DNA of 44,986 nucleotides from the sequence record SRR31156797_8623. One strand, written 5' to 3'. The notes beneath the pieces are model-generated. The model did not search any database. It had not been told where the DNA came from and saw only the letters and a program-made list of their open reading frames with translations. The position numbers and the translations under genes were made by a program. Positions 17,435 to 27,462 of the stretch are shown here, piece by piece. Position 1 is the stretch's first letter; each line of letters starts with the position of its first letter.

Positions 17435-20053
17435 ATGAATATTATAAAAAATATATTGGAGATATCACTTTTATCATCAGTACTTATTGTGGTAGTTCTC
17501 GTATTAAGAACCATTTGGAAAAGTAAAATTAATTACAAAATACTATCCCTATTATGGATTCTGGTACTTGTTCGATTAATTACACCTTATACTTTTGATT
17601 CACCAATCCACTTTGACAGCTTATTTCCACAAGAAAAAGCTGAAGCACCAATTACTGTAGAATCAATAGCAGCTGAACCTATGGATACAAATGATGATAT
17701 TAGTCCTACGTACAATATAACGAATATTGATACTGATAATGAAGAAGTAACTGCACCAATAAATAATTCTCCAACCAGTGAAACTGTGCAGATAACGCTA
17801 CGGGACAAGCTTATATCATATACAAAAGCTATAGATTTATGGATAATAGCCTTAATTATCTGGCTATGCGGTGCAGTATTCGTATTTATACTGAATATCT
17901 CTGAATACTTACAGTTTAGCTTAATGATTAAAAAAGATATTCATTTGCTTAATCCAAGGCTGTCAGCAATATTAAATAAATACAAAGCTGTTCTTGACAT
18001 TAAAACTGATATAATAATCTTTGAATGCAAATATGTAAGCACACCTGTTACATTTAGGTGCTTTAAGCCAGTTATTCTCATGCCAAGGAAAATGACAAGG
18101 CTAATTGATGAGAAAAAGCTAAATATGATAGTGCTTCATGAATTGTGTCATATAAAAAGGCGGGATATACTAAAGAATTTCATTTGGTTGTTTTCAAAAG
18201 CAATTCATTGGTTTAATCCTTTAGTGTGGATTGCCTATAAAAGATATATTAGTGATATTGAGCTGTTTTGTGATGATATGGTTCTTAAATACATCAGTGA
18301 AGATGAGAGTTTTGAGTATTCGCAGAGTTTGATAGATGTTATAAAGCTATCCAGTACCAATAATAAAGTACCCGTTGCTCTGTCCTTTTGTGAGGACAAA
18401 ACCAAAATTAAGGAGCGTGTACAGAATATGATAGAACCAAAGAAAAAATTGAAGTCTGCTAGTATTATTAGTTTAATAATTGCAGTAATAATGATAGTTG
18501 CATGTTTTACAACAGCATGTATGAAAGAAGAAACAGCAGAAATTACACAAGTACAAACAGATTTGGCAGATGAAAACAATGTCACTAATACTGTGGAAGC
18601 AGAGCCAGTAAGTACAGAGACTGCAGTAATTCAACAAGAAAAAACTACTCCTTTTAATAACTCATGGGTTGAGGTAGGAACTGAGCAGAAAGCTATTGAG
18701 ATTGCACAAGGATTAAATATATCAAATGCAGACAGCTTTACCTATGAAGAATTATATTCTGGGGTTTTGCCTACTCATAGAGTAGATGCAAATGACAGCA
18801 CAGACACAATGTATTTTATATATGATTTCAATGGTGAATTCCTAAACGTCGACATAGATACAAATTATAATGAAAATAAAGCAACTATTACCGAGCAGGA
18901 AGCACAAAACAAGGCTATAGAATATATAAAGAATATTTATGGCGATGTAGAGGTAACTATAGATGAATGTAATTTAAGTCGTGATACTTTCTTTGAAATA
19001 AACGGCAGCATCTATAAAGAGAGCGAAAACAGCACAAGAACATTAGATATGTGTGTAAATGGTCAAGGTGAATTCTGCAGCATACGTGCTAAATATGATG
19101 CTATGTATGTATACGGTCTTGGAGAAGAAGTGAAAAATGAAGTACTGAAATACTCACAAGATGAAAATGTCGATGTTGTTTTTGAATCAATGGATTATTT
19201 AGATTCACAGTTAATATATACTTTCTTCTTGAGCAGCACAGACCAGCCAACCGTTAACGAACAGTCAGTGAAACTGCTGGCATCTGACTATTCATTAATT
19301 GAGTATTCATCTGGCCTTGGAGCTACTAAGGAAAAAATTCAACTAGATGATGATGAGTTTGCTAGCCTTATAAAGAAGTATTTGGATAAGTATTATCCAG
19401 CGTATTCTGGACTATCTATAGAGAGTATACAAAGTACGTATAGCGAGGCATATGTATTGATGCCCATACCATCTACTGATAATTATGTTTCTATGTCAAT
19501 TTATGCGGATGGCTCTCTGAAGTCTATAAAGATTGTAGCAGCTGATACGCTCAATCAAGGCGACAGCAGTACAACCGATACGGAGATCGAGGCAGTATTA
19601 GCCGCAATTCCAAATGTGGGATATCCGGTTTTGATTGATAAGGAGTATGAATTTGTACGAAAATATGCTGATATGGATCAAGAAAATGTAAATATATACG
19701 AATTTACGTATTATGTCGATGAGCCTAGCGTTTGGGACTATCCATTTGTACTGCAGCTATATCACTATGTTGACGATAATAGGTATCGTGCGAAAATAAA
19801 TCCTATTGTAGAAGAGCTAAATATACTTAGTGAAGATGAAGCAATAGAAATCGCAAAAAAAATAGTAGCAGATGAGGAAAACATCCCCGAATCCAAGCTG
19901 GAATGCGTATACAAAAGACTTGAGGTTAACCAAATACTTACCTATGCATTTGACTTTGAATACGATAACACCCAATACGGTGTAATGCTTTATCCCGATA
20001 CAGGCTTAGAGCTATATGGAGAGGACGAGGCTATTGTCAGACAATGGAATTAA
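17435..20053 (+). CDS. BlaR1/M56-family metallopeptidase sensor with a non-PBP (PepSY-like repeat) extracellular domain
   Basis: LWILVLVRLITP, HELCHIKRRD, IHWFNPLVW, ELFCDD, KIKERV; long acidic C-terminus with ITEQEAQNKA and LSEDEAIEIA repeats. Confidence 0.88.
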   Translation: MNIIKNILEISLLSSVLIVVVLVLRTIWKSKINYKILSLLWILVLVRLITPYTFDSPIHFDSLFPQEKAEAPITVESIAAEPMDTNDDISPTYNITNIDTDNEEVTAPINNSPTSETVQITLRDKLISYTKAIDLWIIALIIWLCGAVFVFILNISEYLQFSLMIKKDIHLLNPRLSAILNKYKAVLDIKTDIIIFECKYVSTPVTFRCFKPVILMPRKMTRLIDEKKLNMIVLHELCHIKRRDILKNFIWLFSKAIHWFNPLVWIAYKRYISDIELFCDDMVLKYISEDESFEYSQSLIDVIKLSSTNNKVPVALSFCEDKTKIKERVQNMIEPKKKLKSASIISLIIAVIMIVACFTTACMKEETAEITQVQTDLADENNVTNTVEAEPVSTETAVIQQEKTTPFNNSWVEVGTEQKAIEIAQGLNISNADSFTYEELYSGVLPTHRVDANDSTDTMYFIYDFNGEFLNVDIDTNYNENKATITEQEAQNKAIEYIKNIYGDVEVTIDECNLSRDTFFEINGSIYKESENSTRTLDMCVNGQGEFCSIRAKYDAMYVYGLGEEVKNEVLKYSQDENVDVVFESMDYLDSQLIYTFFLSSTDQPTVNEQSVKLLASDYSLIEYSSGLGATKEKIQLDDDEFASLIKKYLDKYYPAYSGLSIESIQSTYSEAYVLMPIPSTDNYVSMSIYADGSLKSIKIVAADTLNQGDSSTTDTEIEAVLAAIPNVGYPVLIDKEYEFVRKYADMDQENVNIYEFTYYVDEPSVWDYPFVLQLYHYVDDNRYRAKINPIVEELNILSEDEAIEIAKKIVADEENIPESKLECVYKRLEVNQILTYAFDFEYDNTQYGVMLYPDTGLELYGEDEAIVRQWN

Positions 20054-20125
20054 TATGAAGACTTACACAAAATAATTATAAAGATAGAAGTATTATAGGT
20101 ACATATAATATGTGAAATAATTTAT

Positions 20126-20158
20126 AAGGAACTGTTGCAATTTGACAGTTCCTTTTTT
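20126..20158 (+). terminator. Rho-independent terminator
   Basis: AAGGAACTGT...ACAGTTCCTT followed by TTTT. Confidence 0.75.
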
Positions 20159-20315
20159 ATAAGAAAAGAATCAATCTGGCAAGGTTTGTAGATCTATAAT
20201 AACGATAAAGTTAAGAAAGAAGAAATATTAAAACCATGAAACTAAATGTCATTCCTCTTTCTAAATAGAGTGAAAAATCTTTAAAGTAGTTATAATTTAT
20301 CATCTGCATCTAATA

Positions 20316-20783
20316 TTACGAAATAAACTTCTCCATTTTGTATACCTTTAGTCCCATAAAATCAGTAATATCCGATGTCTTTTTATATCCTGCTTTTTCG
20401 TAGAATTCTACAGCATAAAGCGAAGCATTTATTCTGATAATATTTGTACCTTGATGAATAGCTTCTTCTTCAAAGGCTTTTACAAGAGCAATGCCTATCC
20501 CCTGCCCTTGGTGATTTTCTAAAACATATAACGAGCTAATTTTGTCCTTCTTTCCTCTTATAATACCAGCGATTTCACCGCTAATTTCATACACGAAAAA
20601 TATCTCTGATAAACCAAAAGTATTATATAGTTCATCTTCGCTATGTTTATCAGCATCAAAATAATCCAGAGTATCTGATGCCCCTCTTATATCGAAATAG
20701 TCATCTGCATTATACTTTAAGAAAGTATCTTTTATCAGATTAGCAACAGAGATAGTATCTGCTTTGGTAAATACTCTAATCAT
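20316..20783 (-). CDS. GNAT acetyltransferase
   Basis: LYVLENHQGQGIG, NASLYAVEFYEKAGY. Confidence 0.88.
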   Translation of the reverse strand: MIRVFTKADTISVANLIKDTFLKYNADDYFDIRGASDTLDYFDADKHSEDELYNTFGLSEIFFVYEISGEIAGIIRGKKDKISSLYVLENHQGQGIGIALVKAFEEEAIHQGTNIIRINASLYAVEFYEKAGYKKTSDITDFMGLKVYKMEKFIS

Positions 20784-20892
20784 AATAATACCTTTAGTAA
20801 ATTTTTATCATTATATCATAGTACAAGCATTAATCAATTGAAAGTTGAAGTAAAATTGAAAAAGCATCAGTTATAAACCAATGCCTTTTTTG

Positions 20893-21657
20893 TTATTCTA
20901 TAACGCCACAAATACTTATCCCAAGTTTGCCCCTGTCCATTATGTATTCTTCTATGAACTCCTCTGTCGGTAAATTGTTGCTTTTCATATGTGTAATCAG
21001 CTTTTCATATGCAACGCTCCTTTTATTAATATCTGGACAAAATATTTCTATAGTTTTCTTACAATCAAATTGCATAAGTGTATTATCATTATCCCTTTTA
21101 TCGACATATGCAAATATTTGGATTTTTTCTTTTTCCTCGTTTGTATTGATTAATTTCCTGAAGTAGTGATTACTGCTTACTTGGTATTGGTTAAGTGCGG
21201 CAAAATCGTAAAATTCACTAATTAAATCGTGCTGAGAGATATCCTCTGTATATCTTTCAAAAACTAAAGCATAGCCACTATCAAACATTCTCTCGCTAAT
21301 TCTAAAATCAACATAATCCTGTTCAATATCAGCTTTTTTATTCCGATATTTGGTGATGCTTTTTTGCTGATTATGTAAAGTATTTATCTCGTCTTTTATT
21401 TCCTCAATCCTTACATCCAATATACTATTTAATTTCAGTTCATCCATTTCACTCAAAATATTCCAAATATCAGTTAATCCTATTCCGAATCCACGTAATT
21501 TAAGGATAAAATCAGCGGTTTCTATCTGATCTTTGTTATATTGTCTGTACCCATTTTCTTTGATGCTGTCAGGTTTTAGAACTCCTATTTCATCATAATA
21601 TCTTAGTGTCTTTTTGCTGATACCTGTAATTGCAGAAAATTCACCTATTGTATACAT
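20893..21657 (-). CDS. MerR-family regulator
   Basis: MYTIGEFS...KTLRYYDEIG...NGYRQY; C-terminal effector domain. Confidence 0.92.
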   Translation of the reverse strand: MYTIGEFSAITGISKKTLRYYDEIGVLKPDSIKENGYRQYNKDQIETADFILKLRGFGIGLTDIWNILSEMDELKLNSILDVRIEEIKDEINTLHNQQKSITKYRNKKADIEQDYVDFRISERMFDSGYALVFERYTEDISQHDLISEFYDFAALNQYQVSSNHYFRKLINTNEEKEKIQIFAYVDKRDNDNTLMQFDCKKTIEIFCPDINKRSVAYEKLITHMKSNNLPTEEFIEEYIMDRGKLGISICGVIE

Positions 21658-21659
21658 AG

Positions 21660-22487
21660 CTACCTCCTGAATGGTTTTGGTCTCAAGAATGGAATTTTGT
21701 AGAGAAAATGGTGCTGATATTTCTCATAATCTTTTCTTTGGATGAATTTCATACATAAATCAAATAATAAATCTACAGCACAATTGTGAATATTTTCTCC
21801 AAGAGCTTTATCAGCGAAACGTGGATAACCAATATGTCCAACACCAGCGATTTTTCTGCTAACTTTCTGCGGAAAAATCATATCCTTATCCTGTAATATA
21901 ATATCTTCTGCCTTTTTATAATCATCCTTTACCATATTACTATAATATAACATTAGTGATGTTTCAATCCATCCAGCATGAAAATCATTTGGATACTCAC
22001 AAAGCATTTGCTTTACCTCATCATTAAAATCCTGCTCTATTCCCAATTCATTACCGCTAAAAAATGCACCCATCGGAGAAAATGCTATAACTCCATATTT
22101 TTTATTCACATGCTTACATGCCTGCTCAATCGCTATCAGATGCTTTGGATCAGCATGTGCAGAAATAACAACAATATTTTTTATTCCCCATTTACTAATT
22201 GATATAAGCAAATCCTTCACAAGACAATAGATGCTTTTCTGACTGACATATGTACATCCAGGTAACCCGCCAATATCACTGCATCCAATAGGAATAACAG
22301 GTAAAGTATATAATTTTTTGTCCTCATTATTCAACCTGTCGCTGACACCCTCAATCCATCTCTGTGTCAGATAATAGTCAACTCCCAGCGGCATATGTCT
22401 ACCATGCTGTTCAATAAGTGCTATTCCAACAATTACAGTGGAATCTTCTGTCTCTAATTCATTCCAATATTGCTCAATAATCTTCAT
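21660..22487 (-). CDS. Creatininase/MftE-family amidohydrolase
   Basis: EQHGRHMPLGVD, ISAHAD, DFHAGWIETS. ATG at 22487 after SD AAAGGA; TTG at 22493 is an alternative start. Confidence 0.88.
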   Translation of the reverse strand: MKIIEQYWNELETEDSTVIVGIALIEQHGRHMPLGVDYYLTQRWIEGVSDRLNNEDKKLYTLPVIPIGCSDIGGLPGCTYVSQKSIYCLVKDLLISISKWGIKNIVVISAHADPKHLIAIEQACKHVNKKYGVIAFSPMGAFFSGNELGIEQDFNDEVKQMLCEYPNDFHAGWIETSLMLYYSNMVKDDYKKAEDIILQDKDMIFPQKVSRKIAGVGHIGYPRFADKALGENIHNCAVDLLFDLCMKFIQRKDYEKYQHHFLYKIPFLRPKPFRR

Positions 22488-22518
22488 AAACAATTCCTTT
22501 CGTCTTATTACTCTTTGC

Positions 22519-22549
22519 AGTTTAAATGTTCCATTAGCTGGAATGTCAA
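22519..22549 (-). promoter_or_regulatory. MerR-type promoter (19-bp spacer) with dyad
   Basis: Minus strand TTGACA-19 nt-TAAACT with TTCCA-GCTAA-TGGAA in the spacer. Confidence 0.82.
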
Positions 22550-22587
22550 GTATTTTTTAAGCTTTATTTTAAAATATTAACTTGCTA

Positions 22588-22616
22588 TTGACTGTCGATA
22601 TATGTTGTGTTACAAT
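22588..22616 (+). promoter_or_regulatory. Sigma-A promoter for the yitT-like gene
   Basis: TTGACT-17-TACAAT. Confidence 0.6.
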
Positions 22617-22677
22617 TCAGCCGACTTTGCCTAATACGGCATAATGCTGTATTGACTATATAGGATGGTATTAACTT

Positions 22678-23583
22678 ATGAAAAATAAAGTATATTCTAG
22701 TTTTTCAATTAAAAACATATTAATGATTCTGGTAGGTGCATTCCTAACATCTGTAGCGATAAACGGAATATATCTGCCTTCAAATGTAATTAGCGGCGGC
22801 GTAACAGGTATCGCTTTAATTCTCCATATTGTATTCTCTGTAGATACTTCACTAATAGTTATTCTGCTAAATATCCCAATAATGATTTTCGGATTAATAT
22901 TTATTAATAAGCGATTTATAGTTTCAAGCTTAATAGGTATGCTGGCGTTATCATTATTTCTTAACTTAACAAAGGGTATAACATTCGATTTCGAAGAACC
23001 GTTAACAACTATGCTATTAGGCGGTGTCATTAATGGAACTGGTATAGGATTGGTTTATAGGGCACAAAGCTCCTTTGGCGGTAATGATATCATTTCAAAA
23101 GTTATAAATAAATACTTCTCATACTCCATACCAACTGTAAATCTTGTGTTTAATATAATTGTTATCGGACTGGCAGTTTTCTTATTTACAATCGACTTGG
23201 CAGTAATGACTCTGGCTGCAATGTATGTATCAGCAAATGTCAGTAAATTAATTATTGAAGGTGCAGCTCACAAGAGAACTATCCTGATAGTTTCTGATAA
23301 TAAGTCTGACATAGTAAGAGAAATAAATACCAATCTCAAAAGGGGTTGTACAATTATACACGGTACAGGAGCTTATACAGGACAGGAGCACAATCTGCTA
23401 TACTGCGTAATCGGCTTCAGTCAGATTGCTAGACTAAAAGCAATCGTTCATCATTGCGACCCAAACGCTTTCCTTAATATTATAGAGTCAAAAGGTGTCT
23501 ATGGAAATGGAAAAGGGTTCAATCAAATTGATTTGGAGAGCTGCCCAAAAGTTGAAGTAAATACACAGAATAATCATAACTAG
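22678..23583 (+). CDS. YitT family membrane protein (DUF161/DUF2179)
   Basis: SGGVTGIA, LNIP, SSFGGNDII, RGCTIIHGTGAYTG, DPNAF, VYGNGKGF. Confidence 0.9.
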   Translation: MKNKVYSSFSIKNILMILVGAFLTSVAINGIYLPSNVISGGVTGIALILHIVFSVDTSLIVILLNIPIMIFGLIFINKRFIVSSLIGMLALSLFLNLTKGITFDFEEPLTTMLLGGVINGTGIGLVYRAQSSFGGNDIISKVINKYFSYSIPTVNLVFNIIVIGLAVFLFTIDLAVMTLAAMYVSANVSKLIIEGAAHKRTILIVSDNKSDIVREINTNLKRGCTIIHGTGAYTGQEHNLLYCVIGFSQIARLKAIVHHCDPNAFLNIIESKGVYGNGKGFNQIDLESCPKVEVNTQNNHN

Positions 23584-23605
23584 AGAGCCACAGGAGTGTA
23601 TAACA

Positions 23606-23989
23606 ATGAAAATTGAGCATATTGCAGTATGGAGCAACGACATTGACAGGTTAAGGGATTTCTATATCAAATACTTTGACGGTAAATCAAATGATAAATA
23701 TATTAATAAACAAAAACAATTCCAGTCTTACTTTATTTCATTTGATGATGGTGTAAGGCTGGAAATCATGAATAAAGCTAATTTAGCTAATAGCCCAATT
23801 CCTCAAAATACTATAGGATTAAGTCATTTGGCATTCTCTGTTGGTTCTATTAAACATGTCAACGAACTAACTAAAAGACTAGAGAGTGATGGTTATCAGA
23901 TTGTAAGCTCTCCCAGAACAACTGGAGACGGCTATTATGAATCTATAATAAATGACCCAGACGGAAATATTATAGAAATCACTATCTGA
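23606..23989 (+). CDS. VOC/glyoxalase family protein
   Basis: MKIEHIAVW, HLAFSVGS, PRTTGDGYYES, DPDGNIIEIT. Confidence 0.92.
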   Translation: MKIEHIAVWSNDIDRLRDFYIKYFDGKSNDKYINKQKQFQSYFISFDDGVRLEIMNKANLANSPIPQNTIGLSHLAFSVGSIKHVNELTKRLESDGYQIVSSPRTTGDGYYESIINDPDGNIIEITI

Positions 23990-25303
23990 CTATTCAGCAA
24001 TCTCAATAGCAGCATCAATATGCGAATCAACGCCCTCTTTTGCCTTTTCTGCGTCCATTGGTATTATTATATCAGGTATTATGCCTTTACCTTCCACCAT
24101 ATCACCGCTTAATGAATAATACAATTCATTTGATAAACCATACCAAATATCTCCGTCAGGTGTAGCTATCTTTTCTATGCAATCAGAATAATTACCACAA
24201 GTCTCTTCACCGATAATTGTTAAATCAATGTCTGGATTAGCAATAAGGGACAGGATGAATATCTCTCCAGCACTTACAGTAAGCTGACTTGTCAGAACAA
24301 TCACCTTCCCTTTATAAGGGTTATCTTTTGGTTCAACGTATATATTCTGTTTATCTGATAAATTCTCGTTGTAATATACCTGCTTACTATATGCTAGGTA
24401 GGGTTTATCAGTAAAATAACCGGCAGTCATTAACGATGCTGAATCAAAACCACCTGTATTAAACCTCATATCAATTATAATTGCTTCCATATCAATAAAA
24501 TTATCAATTATTTCACTGAAATATTCCTCTGTAGTACTTACCTGATCCATTTCATCTGTTCCCATTGCTCTAAGCATTATGTAGCCGGTATTATTATTAA
24601 TAGTTCCATATCTGACTGGACAATCCTGCAGCAGAGTATAATCCTTTATATATTCATTACGGATTAAATCAGTTATTGCCTTTAGTTGTTCTTTATTACT
24701 CCACCACTCGGGCTCACTATAGAATGAATAACTTTCATCATCAAAATCAATGAACACATGTGCATCATCTAGTCCTTCAATCATCTCGCACATATATTTA
24801 TAAAGTTCATCTTTAGTTGTATTCTCATCAATATTTTTTACTATTTCCCTGCCTTGCTTATCAATATCCACATCATACAGACCAAAAAATGCATAGTTTT
24901 CACTAAATGTTTCTTGGAATGCCTGAAACATATATACTGGATTATCAGAAATTAAATGTCTCCAGTTAAATTCATATTTATAAATTTTGTCAGCATAGTA
25001 TCTAGTCTGAGCAGGTGAATTATTCAAAACAAGTAAATTATCTTCTCTTTCAAGATTAAACTTACCAAGTCCACAGTATAAATGATTGAAAAAAATAAAC
25101 CCATTGTAGTAACGATTTTTCATCATCACGTTTTCCGACACCTGAAAAGTACGAACTATACCCAGGTTACTCCTCATGCATATACCGTAACCTCTGAATT
25201 CCCATATTCCATCATATTTTGTAGCATATAATATAGTAATCAAAGCAAATAATAACACGATTACAATTGTAATTTGTAATACGCTTTTTAATATTTTTGG
25301 CAT
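23990..25303 (-). CDS. S41-family peptidase (exported/membrane-anchored)
   Basis: N-terminal TM, LDDAHV, IIDMRFNTGG, TVSAGE, IIGEET, EGKGIIPD; ATG at 25303 after AGAGG. Confidence 0.87.
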   Translation of the reverse strand: MPKILKSVLQITIVIVLLFALITILYATKYDGIWEFRGYGICMRSNLGIVRTFQVSENVMMKNRYYNGFIFFNHLYCGLGKFNLEREDNLLVLNNSPAQTRYYADKIYKYEFNWRHLISDNPVYMFQAFQETFSENYAFFGLYDVDIDKQGREIVKNIDENTTKDELYKYMCEMIEGLDDAHVFIDFDDESYSFYSEPEWWSNKEQLKAITDLIRNEYIKDYTLLQDCPVRYGTINNNTGYIMLRAMGTDEMDQVSTTEEYFSEIIDNFIDMEAIIIDMRFNTGGFDSASLMTAGYFTDKPYLAYSKQVYYNENLSDKQNIYVEPKDNPYKGKVIVLTSQLTVSAGEIFILSLIANPDIDLTIIGEETCGNYSDCIEKIATPDGDIWYGLSNELYYSLSGDMVEGKGIIPDIIIPMDAEKAKEGVDSHIDAAIEIAE

Positions 25304-25422
25304 ATTAATACCTCTATTATCTTGCTTGTACAAGCAAATTATTACCATTGGTATTATATCACAAATGGTAATATTTTGATATCGAACAATGTCAATTAAC
25401 TAAAATATAACATTAATGTATA

Positions 25423-26589
25423 TTATCGCTTTAGTTTGCTATACAATTTTAAATATACAGGTATTAACATTAGTAGAACAGCACCTAAATATCCAAATCC
25501 GATTTTTGTACTTGTGTTTGTTACAATCAATCCAAAACCAATACCAACAGGTACTATTACCATTCGCATAGATAGTGATAAAAACGAATCCATAGTTACC
25601 CGTACATCTGATGGTATCCTGTGGTGTAAATACCCTGTTATAATCGGTTCAACAAGTCCATCTATCATAAATACAATTATTAATAAAGTCATTCCAAGAT
25701 AAATGTTTACGGCAAGTATACAAATTAGTAAAGCAGACATAAACAGTATCATCCATAATGCTATTTTCAAATGGCTGATATACTTTATCAATTTGTCTGC
25801 CAGCAGACTGCCTATAATTCTGGATATAGAAATTGCTACTGAAAATAATCCAAAATACAAAACAGAAATAGAGAAATCATTCAAGTACAATTCCCAGAAT
25901 TCATCAGCATATACTACTGCTGCTCCTATGAAACAATATAAAAGAACCATCAGTATTAATACTGGCTTTTGCTTAAATGCTTCGATTGACTTACCTAAGA
26001 TTGTACTTTTTCGATTTTTACTACTTATATTCACATCACTACTAATATCAGTTAAAGTTATGGTAATAATCAGAGCAATAACTGCACTAACTATTGATAG
26101 ATAATAATTTAGTTCAAAACCGTGACTATTAGCCATAAAGCCGCCAAATAGAGCTGCAATACTTCCAGCTGAAAAATCATATGCATTCAGTATACCGACT
26201 TGCTTTTCAAACAATGCTTGATCGTCTTGTGACTTAAGCGACTCATACAAAAGTGCTCTTTCTGTTCCGCTGCGCATTGCAGTACTAATACCAGCTATAG
26301 CCACAGCTATCGCAAAGGCAATAAAACTATGAGCAAATACGATGATAATTAATTCTGCAATAGTCAAAGTATCAGCTATTATCAGTATTCTCTTTTTGCT
26401 GAATCTATCAGCCATTATGCCTGTTGGTATTTCAAACACTGTAATAACAACTGAATACACAAATTCAGTATATACCACCATCAACGGGGTAATGCCTCTT
26501 GTCTGCCAGAAAAGTCTTTCTATGACATATGCAAATATCAGATTGTGAAAAAATCTGGATAAATTAATCTTTCTTATATTTTGATGCAT
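25423..26589 (-). CDS. MFS transporter
   Basis: About 12 TM segments; FEIPTGIMADRFSKK, SGTERALLYESL, RVTMDS; SD AGGAGGTG. Confidence 0.9.
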   Translation of the reverse strand: MHQNIRKINLSRFFHNLIFAYVIERLFWQTRGITPLMVVYTEFVYSVVITVFEIPTGIMADRFSKKRILIIADTLTIAELIIIVFAHSFIAFAIAVAIAGISTAMRSGTERALLYESLKSQDDQALFEKQVGILNAYDFSAGSIAALFGGFMANSHGFELNYYLSIVSAVIALIITITLTDISSDVNISSKNRKSTILGKSIEAFKQKPVLILMVLLYCFIGAAVVYADEFWELYLNDFSISVLYFGLFSVAISISRIIGSLLADKLIKYISHLKIALWMILFMSALLICILAVNIYLGMTLLIIVFMIDGLVEPIITGYLHHRIPSDVRVTMDSFLSLSMRMVIVPVGIGFGLIVTNTSTKIGFGYLGAVLLMLIPVYLKLYSKLKR

Positions 26590-26662
26590 CAAACATCACC
26601 TCCTAATATTTTATAATAAAAATACTAAAAGGCGGCGGTCGAATTAGCCATAATGATGTGTA

Positions 26663-26692
26663 TTAACAAAGGGGGCGAGTAAACTTCATCAT
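26663..26692 (-). other. Putative leader peptide MMKFTRPLC upstream of the MFS gene
   Basis: SD AAGGAG overlapping the tauE stop, then ATG ATG AAG TTT ACT CGC CCC CTT TGT TAA. Confidence 0.45.
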
Positions 26693-26700
26693 ACACTCCT

Positions 26701-27462
26701 TTATACTAAATTAATAATATTGTAGCTGCATATAATAATAACTAAAATAACAGCCCCATTAAATATACGCCTGATATTTTTCTCTGAAAGTTTTATATTT
26801 AAATATGAACCTATGAGCCCTCCGATAATTGCAGCAGGTATCATATACAAAAGAACTTTGAAATCTTCCACCATTGATACCATACCGTATAATATCTTTG
26901 TGATTATTCCAGCAAATTGAGAAAATAATATTATAAATACTGATATTTTAGCAGATGTGCGTAGCTCCGTTCCGATTAGAACACATAGAATAGCTACATT
27001 TATCGGTCCACCTCCTATTCCTAGAAAGGAACTCAGCATACCTAGAAACAAACCAACCAACGCTTGTGCCCAAAGTGCCTGAATCTCCATCTTCTTAAAC
27101 TTATGATAAAATAAACAGAAAATTAATAATGCAATAATAATTGCAGACTGGATAATTGTAACTGTACTAGGATTGCACCCATCCTTTACCAAACTGAAAA
27201 TCTTTGAACCCAGAATTCCGCCGAATACAGCACCTACAGTAACGGCAATAATAACTCTGTTTATTTTAAAGCCGCTTCTTATCTGATTAATAGTTGATAC
27301 AATAGCCATGGAAAAAACCGTAATAGATGATAAAAATGATATTGTTACAACATTGTAATTGGATATCAAATCCAAAGTTGGTTTAATTATTACTCCGCCG
27401 CCTAAGCCAGCTGAAGCACCGACTATTGTAGCAAAAAGTATTATTGCAAAATATATTAGCAT
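26701..27462 (-). CDS. TauE/SafE (TSUP) family exporter
   Basis: AGLGGGVIIKP and LGIGGGPINV repeats; ATG at 27462 after GGAGG. Confidence 0.9.
   Translation of the reverse strand: MLIYFAIILFATIVGASAGLGGGVIIKPTLDLISNYNVVTISFLSSITVFSMAIVSTINQIRSGFKINRVIIAVTVGAVFGGILGSKIFSLVKDGCNPSTVTIIQSAIIIALLIFCLFYHKFKKMEIQALWAQALVGLFLGMLSSFLGIGGGPINVAILCVLIGTELRTSAKISVFIILFSQFAGIITKILYGMVSMVEDFKVLLYMIPAAIIGGLIGSYLNIKLSEKNIRRIFNGAVILVIIICSYNIINLV

Noticed and set aside
22618-22650. Possible riboswitch hairpin before the yitT-like gene
   Set aside because: Short stem only, with no match to preQ1, purine or other consensus motifs I can recall.
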